A stretch of 64,000 bases of DNA from positions 385,870-449,869 of the forward strand of contig LODT01000016.1 in NCBI GenBank assembly GCA_001606155.1, read 5' to 3'. Origin of the DNA: Tieghemostelium lacteum. Taxonomy: Eukaryota. Shown in pieces: positions 36,875 to 47,981 of the stretch. Made by a program: the position numbers and the translations under genes. A model generated the notes under the pieces. It was not told the DNA's origin. It saw nothing but the letters and a program-made list of their open reading frames with translations, and searched no databases. Positions within the stretch are counted from its first letter, which is position 1; every line of letters begins with the position of its first letter.

Positions 36875-39699
36875 ATGAATAGTTCTCCATTTGGAAGCTT
36901 AAGAAAAAAGAAAAAACAAGCTATTAAACAAAGTTTAGAGGAATTGATTAGTTCTCTAGCAGAATTAACACATCCTAGCAGTAGTAATAGTAATAGTAAC
37001 AATAATATTAGTAACAGTAATAGTAGTAGTAGTAATAACTTATTGAATAGTGGAAGTAGTAATAGTAGTACACCTCAGTTATCACCTCACGGTACTGTAC
37101 AATTACCATTTCCAAACCCTATGATTTCATCATCACCTCCACCTTCTTCTTCCTCTTCTTCACCTTCGGCAACTGTAACTAATACAGCTACTTCACCTCC
37201 AACAGTACGTATATTGGTATACACAATAGTGCAGGATATATCCTAACCCATTTTATGAATATACAGAGGTCATTAGCAAAGTTTTATCTATTAGCACAGC
37301 AATTGGAATATGTAGGCAACCAAACCTATGCATGCAAACCAGATGCCAATTCAGACCCACTATTACCTATTGAGAGTATCAGTGGTATTTTAAATGTACA
37401 ATGGACAACCTATTGGACAATGCCATTGTTACCTACAACTACATGTCTTGATATTCTAAATTATATAAGCCTTAAAACAAATAGAGAAGTGGAACAATTA
37501 AAATTGGCAGATTCAGATGGTAAATTAGTAGACCATGATATGAATCTAACTCTATTTCGTTGTAAGAAGTTTATAGTATTTGAGGATATCAATATAGAAC
37601 AATTGAACAGTAATAACAATAAGATTAACAGTCTGAAAAAACAACATCAATTACAACAACAACAAAAACAAAATCAATTACAACAACAGCAATCTAATAT
37701 ATCGTCATCACCTTCTTCTCCATCATCTCCATCACCATCTTCATCATCTTCACCTGTGATATCTAATAAAGATATTTTACCATTTCCTATAGAATATATA
37801 AACCTCAATACCAGTAGCAACAATAACAATAACAAAGATAAAGACATTGGACAGATTTTACAACAAGGTGGTGCAGGTCCTGGATCTGACTCCACTAAAT
37901 CTACACCATTGCAGTTGTCACCTGGTATAATACGAAAACATCCACCAATAGTACCACCAAGATCACCATTGAGTTTTGGTCAGTCTAGTGAACCTTTGTT
38001 CTCAAGTAAGGATCTAATGTCAGATCAGGGTCTATCTAATTCTATTCCTTTGGTGACTGGTTCATTTTTACATAATTCCGATAAGGGGTTAGGTGCATTT
38101 AAAGATTCACCATCATCATCACCAAGTTCCTCTAGAAAGAATAGTAAAGATCAACTGGTGAAACCTAATAGTAATACTGGAAGTAACCTGACAATGGATA
38201 AAGATGGTCCCGGTGAAAAGTATTGTAAGTTCTTGGAGAACACTATTCAGTTCTCTTCTGGAACACCTCCAACAACTGAGAAGGGAAAGATATTAGACAA
38301 TTACTTTAACCATTACTATCAAGAGCTATTTAAGTACATACATCAGAGAAACAGAAGACTGCAAAGACTAGAAGAGTTTATAAAGGAACTAGGTATTGAT
38401 CAAGCAGGTTCTGAGAAATGGTTTAGTAAACACTATGAATCCGAGTCAAATTACCTAAGAAACAAGAGAGCAGGTATGAAACTTCAAGAATTCAAAATTC
38501 TCACACAAATTGGAAAAGGTGGGTTTGGACAAGTTTTTTTGGCACAGAAAAAAGATAGTGGTGATATTGTGACTCTAAAACGTATCAAAAAGTCAAGTTA
38601 TGAATGGGCGAATCAGAGAACACAGGTCGGTCATGAAAAGACTGTAATGATGAGTGAGAATTGTAAATGGATAACTAAACTACTCTATGCATTCCAGGAT
38701 AGTCATTACCTGTACTTGGCAATGGAGTACCATTGTGGAGGTGATTTTAGAGCATTACTCAATAATCTGGGTATGCTAAGTGAAGAGGAAGCACGTTACT
38801 ATATGATGGAGATGATAGAAGCTGTGCATTCTCTACATGCAATGGATTATGTACATAGAGATATTAAACCTTCCAATTTTGTCATTGATAAACATGGTCA
38901 TATAAGACTTATTGATTTTGGTTTGTCAAAAGATGGTATTGAAAAGAGAAATGGTTTCAATCAACAGACTATGAATAATCTCAGGAAATCATTTATAATG
39001 CCAAATCCTTTATCTTCAGGTGGAGGAAGTGGATCATCATTTTTGTCTACTGGTAGTAATGGCAGTGGAGGTGGTGGATCAAATCACAGTGGTGGTCATA
39101 GAAATACATTAACATCAACTCAAAATGGTGCTAATGTTACAGTTTATCGTCGTCCACAAGCACATAGTGCAGTAGGATCACCAGAGTATATGGCACCAGA
39201 GATTGTAAATGACGAAGGTTACGATCACAGTTGTGATTGGTGGTCTTTAGGTTGTGTATTTGTAGAAATGTTATGTGGATTCAACCCATTTTGTGCCGAT
39301 ACTCCATCTGATGTTTTTGTAAATATTCTTCAATGGAAGCAGGTTCTGGATTGGGACTTGTTTTGTCAAGAACTCTCTCCAGAGGCATCTGATATTCTTA
39401 AGAGAATGCTTTGTGAACCTTCTCAGAGACTTGGTCGTAATGGTATTGATGATTTCAAACAACATCCATTCTTTAAAGGTCATTGGGATGAAATTGATAC
39501 TCAAAAACCTCCCTTTATTCCAAAGGTTGAGTCTGATATGGATACATCTTACTTTGAAGATGCTGTAAATAACGATCCTAATACCTGGGAGATTGAAGAT
39601 GAAAACCACGAAAAGAAAAATCCATTTGACAATTTAAATATTCCATTTTTTACATATCGTAAATCCTCTGCATTGTCATCCATTTGTGATCAATATTAA
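36875..39699 (+). CDS. NDR/LATS-family AGC Ser/Thr protein kinase; exons 36875..37204 and 37267..39699 (intron 37205..37266)
   Basis: Kinase subdomains (GKGGFGQVFLA, HRDIKPSNF, DFGLS). An NDR-type N-terminal regulatory segment lies before the kinase domain. A long Gly/Ser-rich insert sits between DFG and SPEYMAPE. The C-terminal hydrophobic motif is FFTYRKS. The first exon is Ser/Asn-rich, with a phase-0 GTACGT donor at 37205 and an AG at 37265-37266. Confidence 0.7.
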
Positions 39700-40240
39700 T
39701 CTCCTTCTAATATTCAAAATAACATTAGTCATATAGTAAATTATATTAAATCAATTCCCACACAACTCCCTTTCCAATTATAATAATAATAATAACATAA
39801 TAATTTAGTTTTAATAATATTAAAATTCAAATTATTAACCCAACAACAAATATCATCTTTAACCAAACCATTTGTAATTTAAAATCATGAAAATTTCAGT
39901 GCATTTTTGTATTTATATTAAACTTTAATTAATTAATATATACTTTATAATGACACTGATTATCTCTAAACAATTCACAACAAAAAATATCTAACAAAAA
40001 AAGAAACATTTTATATATAGTCATATAAATAAAATAAAGGTTTAAACTAAACCTATCACTCCCCATTGTCCATACAAGGGACACTTAATAACTAAACCTT
40101 TAAAATTATGTACTATTGTGTGATATTGGGTATGTTACTACATTCTTGTTTAAACATTCGAACATGTCCTGTGAATACCAATACATAACCTAATTGAGTT
40201 TACCTACTATAGTACTAATATAAATTGATTTTTGTTGGGT

Positions 40241-40677
40241 TTATTGATATTTTGGTAGAACTTTACTAGTAAAACATTCGTCTAATTTCAATTTCTCTTT
40301 ATCGCATTCTAAAGATCTCATATTATTTTCATTTAAACAACTTGATCCTGCTTTTAAGTATTCTCCACATTTACTAGTTAAATCTCTCATTCTATTAATA
40401 AATATATATTAGTATTCTAATTCTCTAAGATTGATCATATCAACTTTCTATTATAAAAATTTGATATTCTATAGCATCTATATATATATATATACATTTT
40501 ACTTGAGCAACCCATAACAGCTATTGAAAATTGTAAACATGCTTCTGGATCATCGCCTTTTTCCATTTTACATTTTTCGAAAGCTAACATTGATTCACCA
40601 CATACTGTCCACAGTGAATCTCTAGCTGTAATTAATTCACCTCTGGTATAACGTTGAAATTTTGGTTGTTCAGACAT
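40241..40677 (-). CDS. Twin-CHCH (four Cx9C) protein, NDUFA8-like; exons 40503..40677 and 40241..40383 (intron 40384..40502, phase 1)
   Basis: Cx9C pairs CGESMLAFEKC and CLQFSIAVMGC in exon 1. GTAAAA donor, and the acceptor gagAG gives NLTSKCGEYLKAGSSCLNENNMRSLECDKEKLKLDECFTSKVLPKYQ*, which adds two more Cx9C motifs. Confidence 0.5.
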
Positions 40678-40800
40678 TTATGAAACTCTGATGCGTTTGA
40701 TCAAAATGAAAAAAAAAAAAATAAAAAATTGCAATAGTTATGTTTTTGTCATTGATGGTGATGATATCTTTTTAAAGATTTATTTATTTAGTGGATTTGT

Positions 40801-41655
40801 TTAATAGTCTGTTGAAAATGTTAATTCTTTGTTTTCTTCAAGTTCCTTGGTTAGTTTCTCAATTTGAGATTTCATAATTTGATAGGAATCTGAACCAAAG
40901 AAAATATTGGATGGTAAGGTTTTTGGATCTTTTTGAGAGATTTTAATGAATGCCAATGCTGCTTTGTCAGGGTCACCAATTTGTGTTCCATCAACTGAGT
41001 TGAAATAGGCTTCTAGTTCTTTTGACTTGTATTCAGGGATTGGATTCTTTGCTACTTTTAGGTTACCTCCGAGGAACTTGGTTCTGAAACCACCTGGAGA
41101 TACTAATACAGATCTAATACCAAATTTAGAGACCTCTTGATCTAAAGCAACGGTGAAACCATTCAATGCAAATTTACTACCAATATAAGAGGTATAGTTA
41201 CCAACTACAGCTGTAAATGCTAAATAGGAGGCAACATTTAAAATCAAACCTGAACCTTGACTACGTAAATGTGGCATAACCTGTTTGACAATATTCATAA
41301 CTGCAAATAGATTAATTTCATAGTTTAATTTGAAATCATCTAAAGAACTCTCCTCAACAGCACCCAAGTAACCATAACCAGCATTATTCACTACAATATC
41401 TATTCTACCAAATTTCTGTATTGTCTTTTCGACAGCACCTTTAACACTGGCTTCACTGGTTATATCTGTCTTTAGTGCTAATAGATTATCAATTTTATCT
41501 TTAGATACTTGTTTTTCTAATTCCTCTGGTGATCTAGTAAGTGCTGTAACTTTGTATCCTTCCAATACAAGTTTTTGTACTAAACTTAAACCAATACCTG
41601 ATGAAGTACCACTAACTAACCAAACTTTATTATTATTATTATTATTACTTGACAT
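40801..41655 (-). CDS. Short-chain dehydrogenase/reductase (classical SDR)
   Basis: TGxxxGIG NAD(P)-binding motif (VSGTSSGIG), NNAG, catalytic YxxxK (YIGSKFA), single exon. Confidence 0.8.
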   Translation of the reverse strand: MSSNNNNNNKVWLVSGTSSGIGLSLVQKLVLEGYKVTALTRSPEELEKQVSKDKIDNLLALKTDITSEASVKGAVEKTIQKFGRIDIVVNNAGYGYLGAVEESSLDDFKLNYEINLFAVMNIVKQVMPHLRSQGSGLILNVASYLAFTAVVGNYTSYIGSKFALNGFTVALDQEVSKFGIRSVLVSPGGFRTKFLGGNLKVAKNPIPEYKSKELEAYFNSVDGTQIGDPDKAALAFIKISQKDPKTLPSNIFFGSDSYQIMKSQIEKLTKELEENKELTFSTDY

Positions 41656-42037
41656 TTTAATTTATTATTATTCTTTACAATTGAATTACCTTGGATATAT
41701 TAAAAATCAAAATAAAATTAAATGTATTTATAGTCATTCAAATGTGATAAAAAAAACATGATGTGTAAGTGTGTGTGTTGGAAGCTTCTAAGAAGATATG
41801 AAAAAAAATTCGTACTGGATTTTGTGAAAATATTTTCCAAAATTAGCTAACGATATCGTTAAAACAATGCACAATTGCATTTCAAATAATCAGCTTCGGT
41901 AATGTCTCAGCCCAAACAGCTTATAAAATATCTTAAATTTATTTTTTGCGTCTCTCCCATTATTATTTTCATATTTACAATTTTTAACATAATACAAATA
42001 ATGGGGTAGTCTATTATTTAAATCTATATGACAAACT

Positions 42038-42763
42038 TTAGAGTGGATGATGAGTAGCAATATAGTTAATGGCTTTATGTTGCTCACGAGTTACTATTCT
42101 TTCAACAATTTCACCATTACCTCTAACTAATCTCATTCTACCAGATTGTTCATCATAGACCTCTCTTGTAGTATTTCGTAATTTTCATAGTCAACATCTG
42201 AGAGTGGACCCATTACTCTTTTTTTGGGTATTTGAGGTTGTGTAGTAGTTGTACTAGTACTAGTAATTGTGGGTTTTGTTTTAGTTGGTATTACACTGGT
42301 ATCTGTTGGTTTTAAAACATCTTTACTCTTAACTTTCTTTTTATCTTTCTTGTTCTTTTGATCTTTTTTACTTTTTGATTTATGTTTTTTCTTTCTTGTT
42401 CTACTACGGCTACTATCACTACTACTTGTATAACTATCACTACTACTAGAAGATGATAATGATCTTGATCTTTTATGTTTTTTAGTACTTTTTTAATATT
42501 TTTTATGTCTCCTTCTTTCTCTAGATGATGAGCTTGACGATGAGGATGTTCTTGACATTGATCTATCTCTTCTTGATGATCTATGTTTTAAATCTGATGA
42601 TAATGATCTTGATCTACTTCTGGAAAAAGACTTTTTTACATTCTTTGATCGTGAAGAAGATCTTGAGACTGATCTATCTTCTTTTTTTATTTTTATGATA
42701 TTTTTCTTTTGATCTTGATCTACTTCTTGATCTAGACCTTCCTCTTCCCCAAATCTTACTCAT
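42038..42763 (-). pseudogene. Arg/Ser-rich (SR-like) protein gene disrupted by an in-frame TAA and a 3' frameshift (or unresolved non-canonical structure)
   Basis: Possible micro-exon ATG A|GTAAGA at 42763..42760 with an acceptor at 42681 giving MKDRSVSRSSSRS.... A long RS/KS-rich frame is interrupted by TAA at about 42494. The conserved-looking C-terminal block EVYDEQSGRMRLVRGNGEIVERIVTREQHKAINYIATHHPL* is in a different frame from the upstream ...SDVDYENYEILQERSMMNNLVE*. Confidence 0.4.
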
Positions 42764-42860
42764 AATAATTTAATTAAAAATGGAAATGCAAAAAGATCTA
42801 TTTTTTACAAAAAAACGAATCATTTTTATTTTTAATTTAAATTTGACGAATTAGACGAAA

Positions 42861-44183
42861 ATGGTGACCACAACTGATAAAAGTAAACCAAAATTATCAT
42901 CTAAAGAGAAACCAGTAGATAAAAAATCAAATAAAATAACTAAAACTAAAGAAACTAGTGAGGAAGTAAAACCAAAAACTACTTCTACTACTACCAAACC
43001 AATACTTAAAACTAGTGGTTCAAAAATACCAACTACATCAACAACAACGACAAAGTCAAAAGATGACACTAGTGCCAATAAAAAAGTTAAAATCTCATTA
43101 GAAAACAATGAAACTAAAGAATTTCACAAAATCAATAAAATTGGTGATTCTGAGTCAATCAAATCACAGAAACCAAAACCAGCAGTAATACCACAAAGTA
43201 AACCAATAACAACACCAAAAGTTACAGAAACCAATAATAAAAAGATAAATGATTCTAAAAATGAAAAGAAAGAAAAAGAAGAGGATAAACAAACTAAAAA
43301 AGCAACAGTAATAAACATCACAACCACAACAACTAAAGAAAATGAAAAAGATTCTTTGAAAAAGAAAGATGAAGAGAAAAAAAAGGAAGAAGAGAAAAAG
43401 AATAGTAAAGTTAAAGAACAGATTATCAATGGTTTTTCAGTGGTTCCTGTACATTTAGAGAGCAGTAATATTAAAAAGTATTTATATATCAAAAAAGAGA
43501 CTGGTAAGAAATGGCCACAAAATAAGACGCTATTTGTTTGTAATCTACCTAATGATTGCACAACTCTAGAGTCTGTAAGAAGATACTTTAAGAATGATAA
43601 TATTGAATCTGTGGAATTTACTGTACATAATGATAAACAACAGAACGAAGAGGAAGATGAAGATCAAATGGATGTAGATGACTTTGAGAATTGGGATGAA
43701 AAAGTGGAGAAGGCTAGTAGTGGTGTTGCACATTTAGTCTTTAAAGACTCTGATTCACTTCAATCATTCCTAAAGAAATCATTAAATGTTCTAATTGAAC
43801 CAGTGCCTACAATTGATGGTTTTGAACAAATGTTGAAAAACTATCAACAAAAGTATGTAGAGGATTATGACCAGTTACAACAGTCACTTGATAAGATTAT
43901 AATGGATTATGACAAGAAAGTTCTACAACAAAAGATTCAAGCTAGACTCAACAAGAATCAAGAAGATGACGAAGGATTTGTTTTGGTTGGTAACAGTGGT
44001 GGAAAGGCTCTGTCAGTTGAACAAATCAAAGCCAGAGAGGAAAAGAAAAAACAAAAGAATTTCTATGGATTCCAACATCGTCAACAGAAAAAAGAGGAGT
44101 TGGATACCCTCAGAAAGAAATTCGAAGAAGACAAACAAAGAATTTCAAAAATGCAAGCAGGAAGAAAGTTTAAACCTTATTAA
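42861..44183 (+). CDS. rrp7: Ribosomal RNA-processing protein 7 (RRP7) homologue
   Basis: Lys/Thr-rich N-terminus. RRM-like segment (TLFVCNLPNDCTTLESVRRYF...VAHLVFKD). C-terminal RRP7 domain (GFVLV...KNFYGFQHRQQKKEELDTLRKKFEEDKQRISKMQAGRKFKPY). Confidence 0.7.
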   Translation: MVTTTDKSKPKLSSKEKPVDKKSNKITKTKETSEEVKPKTTSTTTKPILKTSGSKIPTTSTTTTKSKDDTSANKKVKISLENNETKEFHKINKIGDSESIKSQKPKPAVIPQSKPITTPKVTETNNKKINDSKNEKKEKEEDKQTKKATVINITTTTTKENEKDSLKKKDEEKKKEEEKKNSKVKEQIINGFSVVPVHLESSNIKKYLYIKKETGKKWPQNKTLFVCNLPNDCTTLESVRRYFKNDNIESVEFTVHNDKQQNEEEDEDQMDVDDFENWDEKVEKASSGVAHLVFKDSDSLQSFLKKSLNVLIEPVPTIDGFEQMLKNYQQKYVEDYDQLQQSLDKIIMDYDKKVLQQKIQARLNKNQEDDEGFVLVGNSGGKALSVEQIKAREEKKKQKNFYGFQHRQQKKEELDTLRKKFEEDKQRISKMQAGRKFKPY

Positions 44184-44232
44184 AAATAAAATTGATTTCA
44201 TTATTATTATTATAATAACCCAATCTGGTGGT

Positions 44233-45243
44233 TTATTTTTTCAATTGCTTTTTCAATTCTAATAATGTGGAGATGGTAGTTGCATATTCTCTCATTTTTT
44301 GATATTCAAACAAATCATTGGTTTCTGGGAAATGAGAAACAGTAAATTCTGATTTTTTTAATTTCCCGATTAGTGTTCTTAATGTACGATCGGTTACTAC
44401 ACTTATTTCTTCTTCAATTTCAAAATTATTATTATTATTATTATTTTCACCAACATAGTTCATGTCAATATCAATATCATCAAAAGAATTTGTTGGTTTA
44501 TATCTCTTTTGACTTGGTTCTTTAGTTGGTGAAATTGTATTTGTGGTTGCAGTTTCAACACCCAGTTGAATAGTATTTACTTTTTTTTTGGTTTCAATAA
44601 GTTGTGGTTTAATATCAGGTTGTATTGGTACTACTTGTTGTGGTGTTGATTTAAGTTCAGAGATATCCAATACATTTCTACTACATGATACACAATGATA
44701 TTTTTGCTCTTTGTTGTTTTTAAGTAGAGGTACTCCTAGACAATTGTCATTTGGACATAGATCACTGAGTAATGTCCATCCTAATAAAAGGAATTCACCA
44801 ATCTTTGTTGATACTTGATCTGACTTTTGCATTCTCAGTTCAATCTGTTTCTTTTCTTCTTCGGAAAGAGGTTGACTATAGTAGTCATCGTCTTCCTCAT
44901 CATCATAATCGTCTTCACCATTGAATTGGTAGTTATTATATTTCAATACAGCTTCAGATATCAGTTTATTACTATCGCTTATATCTATTTTCTTAAAATT
45001 ATTATTATTGGTGGTATTTGTAATTACAGGTTCTTTGACAGGTGCATCTACATATTTAATTTCAAATATATCATTTCCTTCTCTTTTAAAAGATCTATTG
45101 CAAGAGAGACAGTGTATCTTTTTTTGAGATCTATCTTCTAATAATGGAACAACAACACATTTTGCACATACATCATTTAACATTACCCATCCTAAAAGTA
45201 ATTTTTCACCCAATATCTTTGAGATATCTTTTGTTGCTGACAT
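44233..45243 (-). CDS. SSSCA1/autoantigen-p27 family protein with two Auto_anti-p27-like zinc-ribbon repeats
   Basis: Repeats LLLGWVMLNDVCAKCVVVPLL...HCLSCN and LLLGWTLLSDLCPNDNCLGVPLL...HCVSCS. Confidence 0.55.
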   Translation of the reverse strand: MSATKDISKILGEKLLLGWVMLNDVCAKCVVVPLLEDRSQKKIHCLSCNRSFKREGNDIFEIKYVDAPVKEPVITNTTNNNNFKKIDISDSNKLISEAVLKYNNYQFNGEDDYDDEEDDDYYSQPLSEEEKKQIELRMQKSDQVSTKIGEFLLLGWTLLSDLCPNDNCLGVPLLKNNKEQKYHCVSCSRNVLDISELKSTPQQVVPIQPDIKPQLIETKKKVNTIQLGVETATTNTISPTKEPSQKRYKPTNSFDDIDIDMNYVGENNNNNNNFEIEEEISVVTDRTLRTLIGKLKKSEFTVSHFPETNDLFEYQKMREYATTISTLLELKKQLKK

Positions 45244-45506
45244 TGAAAATTAAAATAAGTTTTTTTTTTTTGGAAAATGAGAAAACAAAAGAACAAGAAA
45301 ACTAAAACAATATAATTTATTTCTGAATATCCTATTCGATAATTTATTTAAATAATTGGTAATTCTTATTTATTATCATGTTAAGTTATATTTAAAGAGA
45401 TCACACTGCTTCTTTATTGTAGCAAGCTACCAATAAACCAAGACCAATTTAGAACTCTTTAAACTATGACTTGAGTTTAAAACCTTGATTTTACCAATTT
45501 AAACAT

Positions 45507-46442
45507 TTAAAGTTTGAATAGGGGTAAAATCATGCAGTTGAAAATATACAAATATAGATTTGAAAATACTTCCAATACATTTTTGGAATTATTGGCTCTG
45601 ATAATAAGTTGAGCACAATATGAGTCTTCAGCAGGAATTGAAGCTTCAGAAGGTGTTGAGTAATCTTGGTGTTCAACATTCTCACCAATATATTCTTGGT
45701 AATATTGAATATCCAGAGCTTCAACATTTGAAACTTGAGACTCTTGAATCACCAATTCAGCACAGTTTGATGCAGCTTCAGCAGTAATCATTAAAACAGG
45801 ATTACCAGGACCAATTAATTTCATTGGAGACTCATTATCATTGGGATATAGGTATGTTAAATTATTACCATTAACATACATAACATTGTAATATTTAATA
45901 TTACAAATGATAATACCAGTGAAAACCAGCAATATGAACCAAAGAGCCCAAGAGACATATTTTTTAATTGATGATTCTTTTTTGGAATCATAATAAATTG
46001 AAAAATCAATGGTATCAAATGCAACCAATGTGTCAAGTGTTGGTGTAGGATATAAATCCTTTAAATATTTTTCACCAAAGGGTTTATGGTTGATAATAAT
46101 ATCTTCAACCCTTTGTTTAATAATTTCAAATTGTTTTGAAACTTCAAAATTATATTCAAAATCAATTAAATTATTTTTGAACCAATTTGTGTACACCTTT
46201 TCATCTGATTCAAATGGTTCTATAATATTTGAATTAATTTTGATTCCAGAGGTATTTTTTATTCTTCTCTCTAACAACAATGCTCTTAATTCCAATTCTC
46301 TCTTTTTAAGAAATTCACCATCATCTATTTTAATAGTTGGGTTGTGGATCTTCAAGCCTTTGTTTATCTTTTTACCTTTAAATAGATATGTATTTGTGTT
46401 TTTGTTCATTTTAAAAATTCTTAATTTAAAAATTAATTTCAA
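45507..46442 (-). CDS. Hypothetical single-TM protein
   Basis: Long ORF with one hydrophobic segment (WALWFILLVFTGIIICNI). No recognisable domain. Confidence 0.4.
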   Translation of the reverse strand: MKLIFKLRIFKMNKNTNTYLFKGKKINKGLKIHNPTIKIDDGEFLKKRELELRALLLERRIKNTSGIKINSNIIEPFESDEKVYTNWFKNNLIDFEYNFEVSKQFEIIKQRVEDIIINHKPFGEKYLKDLYPTPTLDTLVAFDTIDFSIYYDSKKESSIKKYVSWALWFILLVFTGIIICNIKYYNVMYVNGNNLTYLYPNDNESPMKLIGPGNPVLMITAEAASNCAELVIQESQVSNVEALDIQYYQEYIGENVEHQDYSTPSEASIPAEDSYCAQLIIRANNSKNVLEVFSNLYLYIFNCMILPLFKL

Positions 46443-46631
46443 TTTAATTCAAAGATTTTATTTGAATTAATATAACTACACTTACAATTAATACTAAAAG
46501 AGAAGATATTGTATAATGAATGAAATAAAAAAATTAAGAATTAAATAAATAAAATTAAATGTAAAAAAATAATTATCATATGATGTTCATATTTGAAAAA
46601 CCTTTTTGTAACCAGGAGGTGAATATTTTTA

Positions 46632-47981
46632 TTAATCTAATTTAACCTTCCATTTCTTCTTTTGTACTTTTTCAATGACATACAAAAGAATTCTATAAAA
46701 GAAAAATGAGACAATATAACCAGCAGTAACACCAAATGAGATATTTATATATTTTGTCTCAATGAAAGGGCATGCTTTAAAATTGTATTCATAAGTAACC
46801 AATTCTGATGGGATTGGTTGGTCTTGCTCGGTGTTTCTCACACTGAGATTACTTTGTATCGATTTTTTAATTTCAAAAAGACCTGTGTAACCACCAAAAT
46901 CACCCATCATTGACCTGATGGTATACTCAGTAGTGTAGTTATTTGAGTGTTTAAATATACAACCGTCATGATCATGACCATTGAAAATAAAGAGAGGTTT
47001 CAACTCATCCAGTATATATTGACTGGTCTCTTTGGTGAGCATTGATTGTTCTTTTACAAATCCATCGTCTGTTGATATTATAAAATAAGTCTCAGTACAC
47101 ATACTTTTATATTTTGGATGACCATTGGGAAATAGTATCTGATCATTTACCATATTATTTTGGTTTCTCTTTTGTCCTCTTTTTCCTAATTGTATATCTC
47201 TTGTTTCCTCTTGAATTATAGTCTCTTGTAAAACCTCTTCATCGCTATTGTACTGTTTGTGCAGAGGAATATGAGTGATTAAAATCAACGGAGATCCTGT
47301 TTGTTCTTTTAGTTCTTTAAGATCTCTTAGATGCTGCCAACTGTCATTATAAAGTTGTTCATGTTTTGATCGGTCCAAATTAATGGAGTTTACAATACCA
47401 ATTAAATGACCATTGATAAAAAACTTGTCATTTACTTTCCCAAAAGATTCTTCAAATCTATCTACCTTTTTAGGAGATGCTTCATGTGCATATCCAATAT
47501 CATGATTACCAGTGATATTGTACATTTGATATTGACCCTCACCTAAATATTTATCCAATGGTGAGAATATTCTCTTATATCTCTGTACTCTATTTACAAA
47601 TTCGCCATCATTACAGTGTTGTGATGAAAACAAGTCACCTAGAGTAAACAAGTAACCAGGTCTTAAATAGTAGGCAATATTCGAAACGATATGCTTGAAA
47701 TAATTGTCATTAAACCATATATTATATTCTCCTTTTTTCCCTTGTGTCTTTATTCTCCAGTCACCTTCCATCTGAGGATCACCCAACATTATTAAATGTT
47801 CAATAGAATCCACTCTCTTACTGCTACTATTGCTCTGATTATTCAATAAATCATCTTTGAAATCCCATGTACAAAAGTACATATAATTGTAAATGTATAT
47901 ATAAAATATCAATAATAAACATCCAACTACTATATAGGCTCTATTTATAGTTGTCTGTTTAAACATTATATATAATACCAC
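46632..47981 (-). CDS. Calcineurin-like metallophosphoesterase of the Cdc1/Ted1/MPPE1 (PGAP5) family
   Basis: N-terminal TM, metallophosphatase motifs (GDPQMEG, GDLF, GNHDIG, ITHIPL, NGHDHDG), C-terminal TM. This architecture is typical of the ER GPI-remodelling phosphoesterases. Confidence 0.65.
   Translation of the reverse strand: MVLYIMFKQTTINRAYIVVGCLLLIFYIYIYNYMYFCTWDFKDDLLNNQSNSSSKRVDSIEHLIMLGDPQMEGDWRIKTQGKKGEYNIWFNDNYFKHIVSNIAYYLRPGYLFTLGDLFSSQHCNDGEFVNRVQRYKRIFSPLDKYLGEGQYQMYNITGNHDIGYAHEASPKKVDRFEESFGKVNDKFFINGHLIGIVNSINLDRSKHEQLYNDSWQHLRDLKELKEQTGSPLILITHIPLHKQYNSDEEVLQETIIQEETRDIQLGKRGQKRNQNNMVNDQILFPNGHPKYKSMCTETYFIISTDDGFVKEQSMLTKETSQYILDELKPLFIFNGHDHDGCIFKHSNNYTTEYTIRSMMGDFGGYTGLFEIKKSIQSNLSVRNTEQDQPIPSELVTYEYNFKACPFIETKYINISFGVTAGYIVSFFFYRILLYVIEKVQKKKWKVKLD

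Noticed and set aside
41760-41930. Less AT-rich patch upstream of the SDR gene (ggaagcttctaagaagatatg...gcttcggtaatgtctcagcccaaacagc) as a possible small RNA
   Set aside because: No recognisable snRNA/snoRNA boxes or stable extended structure by eye. It is more simply the SDR promoter and 3' UTR of the SR-like gene.
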